A stretch of 64,000 bases of DNA from Xylographa opegraphella (lineage: Eukaryota), in assembly GCA_022813865.1 (NCBI GenBank), contig JALDZX010000003.1, forward strand, positions 310,001 to 374,000, written 5' to 3'. Shown here piece after piece: positions 62,386 through 64,000 of this stretch; positions within the stretch are counted from its first letter, which is position 1; every line of letters starts with the position of its first letter. The notes under the pieces are model-generated. The model did not search any database and was not told the origin of the DNA. It worked only from the letters and a program-made list of their open reading frames with translations. Made by a program: the position numbers and the translations under genes.

Positions 62386-64000
62386 ATGGCTTTGTCCCGT
62401 ACGGCAAGCGGGGAGAGTGCGCCTGTTATTCAAAACAGTCCTATATCAGAAGCATGTCTGTCGGACGTACCCGCAAAAGCATCCGGCCCCTCTGCAGAAT
62501 TTGCTTCTTTTCCTGTCAAGTCGAGAACTACGTCACATTCGTTACTCTCTTCATCATCTGGTTCATCCAATGCTAGTAGAAAGGCCCGACCTACGGAAAG
62601 CGGAATTCTGAATGGAAGTGTAGATCGGGCAAGTATGTCTATGCCACCACCTTTTTCCAAACCTACTACCAGTCCCAGGATATCCCAAGATGAAGGTGAG
62701 AGCCTTCCAGGAACAGCCGATGCGGACAAGACACCCAGTTTTAGTGGAGCTGGAAAACAATCAGTCTTCTATACACCACTGACACTTCCTGAGTCTGCTC
62801 TCAGGCCTCAGCCATCAGTTAATCGCTCAAAGGATGCCGAGCTCAATCGATTGTCATTTTCATCATATATTTCCTTGGGATCCGCGATTCACAGTGGAAC
62901 TAGCGCCAATCAAAGTGCAGCAAGCTCGACTGCTGGTTCGATGAAGGGTGCTATGGCGGAACCGACTCAAACCGTCCTAAGCTCCGGGTCACTGCCATCT
63001 TCACTGGGGTCTACAAGGATTGAGATGCCTACTTTACCTACGACAGCAATGGACCCTGTGTCTGTCACAACTACGAACCACATACAACAGTCTGGTATAC
63101 CTCCCACTGTGTATATCTAGTGATCATACAGTCCTGACCATCCAACTACGATATAGGTATTATGAGCCCAACACACATACCAATCCAAAATGGAAGTAAT
63201 GTGGCTTCCAAACACCTCGAATCATGGAGTACCTCGTCGCGGCCTACTGCTCAGACTCGTCGCTCGCGTAGTAGGACACAAAGACGACCAAGCGGAAGCA
63301 CAGCTGCCAGTAGCGCCAGTCCCAACAATGCCGACAGAGGATCATATGGTATGTGACGTCCCTCGAGAGCTCTGTCTCGTCCTAAAGTGAAACTAGCGAA
63401 GACGATATCGAAGGGGAAGATTGGTGTCTGTGCGCTCGATGTTAAAGCTCGCAGTAAACCTAGCCGAAATATACTCACCCGGTTGCAAAACAACGGCGAG
63501 TTTGAAGTTGTTGTTTTCGGAGATAAAGTTATCTTGGATGAAGGTATGTCTGTTGGTTCTCCTGACACGATATGTGCTAAAGTATTCTTATCGTAGCGGT
63601 GGAGAACTGGCCATTATGGTAAGCAATAATATCCTGATTCCTAGGACGTGTATATCAGGGGCAAAGCCCTCCTTGTGATTTGTCGACATTTTTTTTGAAG
63701 TTCTTGAAGTTCTGATATTGTACTATAGTGATTACCTTTTGTCATTTTACTCTGATGGTTTTCCCTTGGACAAAGCGATAGCTTATGCGCGGTTGCGTAA
63801 GCCGTTCTGTGTCAATGATCTACCGATGCAGAAAGTTTTGTGGGATCGACGAATCTGTCTACGGATCCTAGATAGTTTAGGAGTTCCAACGCCCAAGCGG
63901 CTGGAGGTCAATCGAGATGGAGGTCCGACACTTGAATCCGCAGATCTGGCACATCACGTAAGACACATGTCAGGTGTCCAGCTAGAGGGGGGCGCCGATG
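62386..64000 (+). CDS. VIP1: Inositol pyrophosphate synthase Vip1/Asp1 (PPIP5K), 5' part; continues past the window
   Basis: Ser-rich N-terminus, then [74 protein letters not shown] across several introns. Confidence 0.95.

Overview
Eukaryotic DNA from a filamentous ascomycete (Pezizomycotina). Evidence: short GT-AG introns with CTRAC branch points, an intron-containing tRNA-Leu, a STE2-type pheromone receptor, and HET, WSC/DUF1996 and F-box genes. About 25 intact genes are supportable. Conserved ones include AYR1-like SDR, beta-carbonic anhydrase, Mae1-type transporter, GT69 mannosyltransferase, ERV41, STE2, NNT1/EFM7, VPS23, UTP21, IDO, a histidine acid phosphatase and VIP1 (truncated by the window end). 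These are interleaved with accessory secreted or membrane genes and several decaying genes. No transposase, Starship captain, rDNA or CRISPR was seen. Main observations: (1) about ten GC-rich islands that each switch from C/A-rich to G/T-rich on the + strand regardless of gene orientation, and that bias encoded amino acids; (2) a secreted prepro-peptide gene and a BRCT gene whose otherwise intact frames each carry two in-frame stops, all four explainable as CpA->TpA changes; (3) a HET gene with two single-base frameshifts; (4) two small spliced genes missed by the ORF track, one needing a 26-nt intron; (5) a hierarchical degenerate repeat at ~31 kb. All family assignments come from motif recognition by eye, not database searches.
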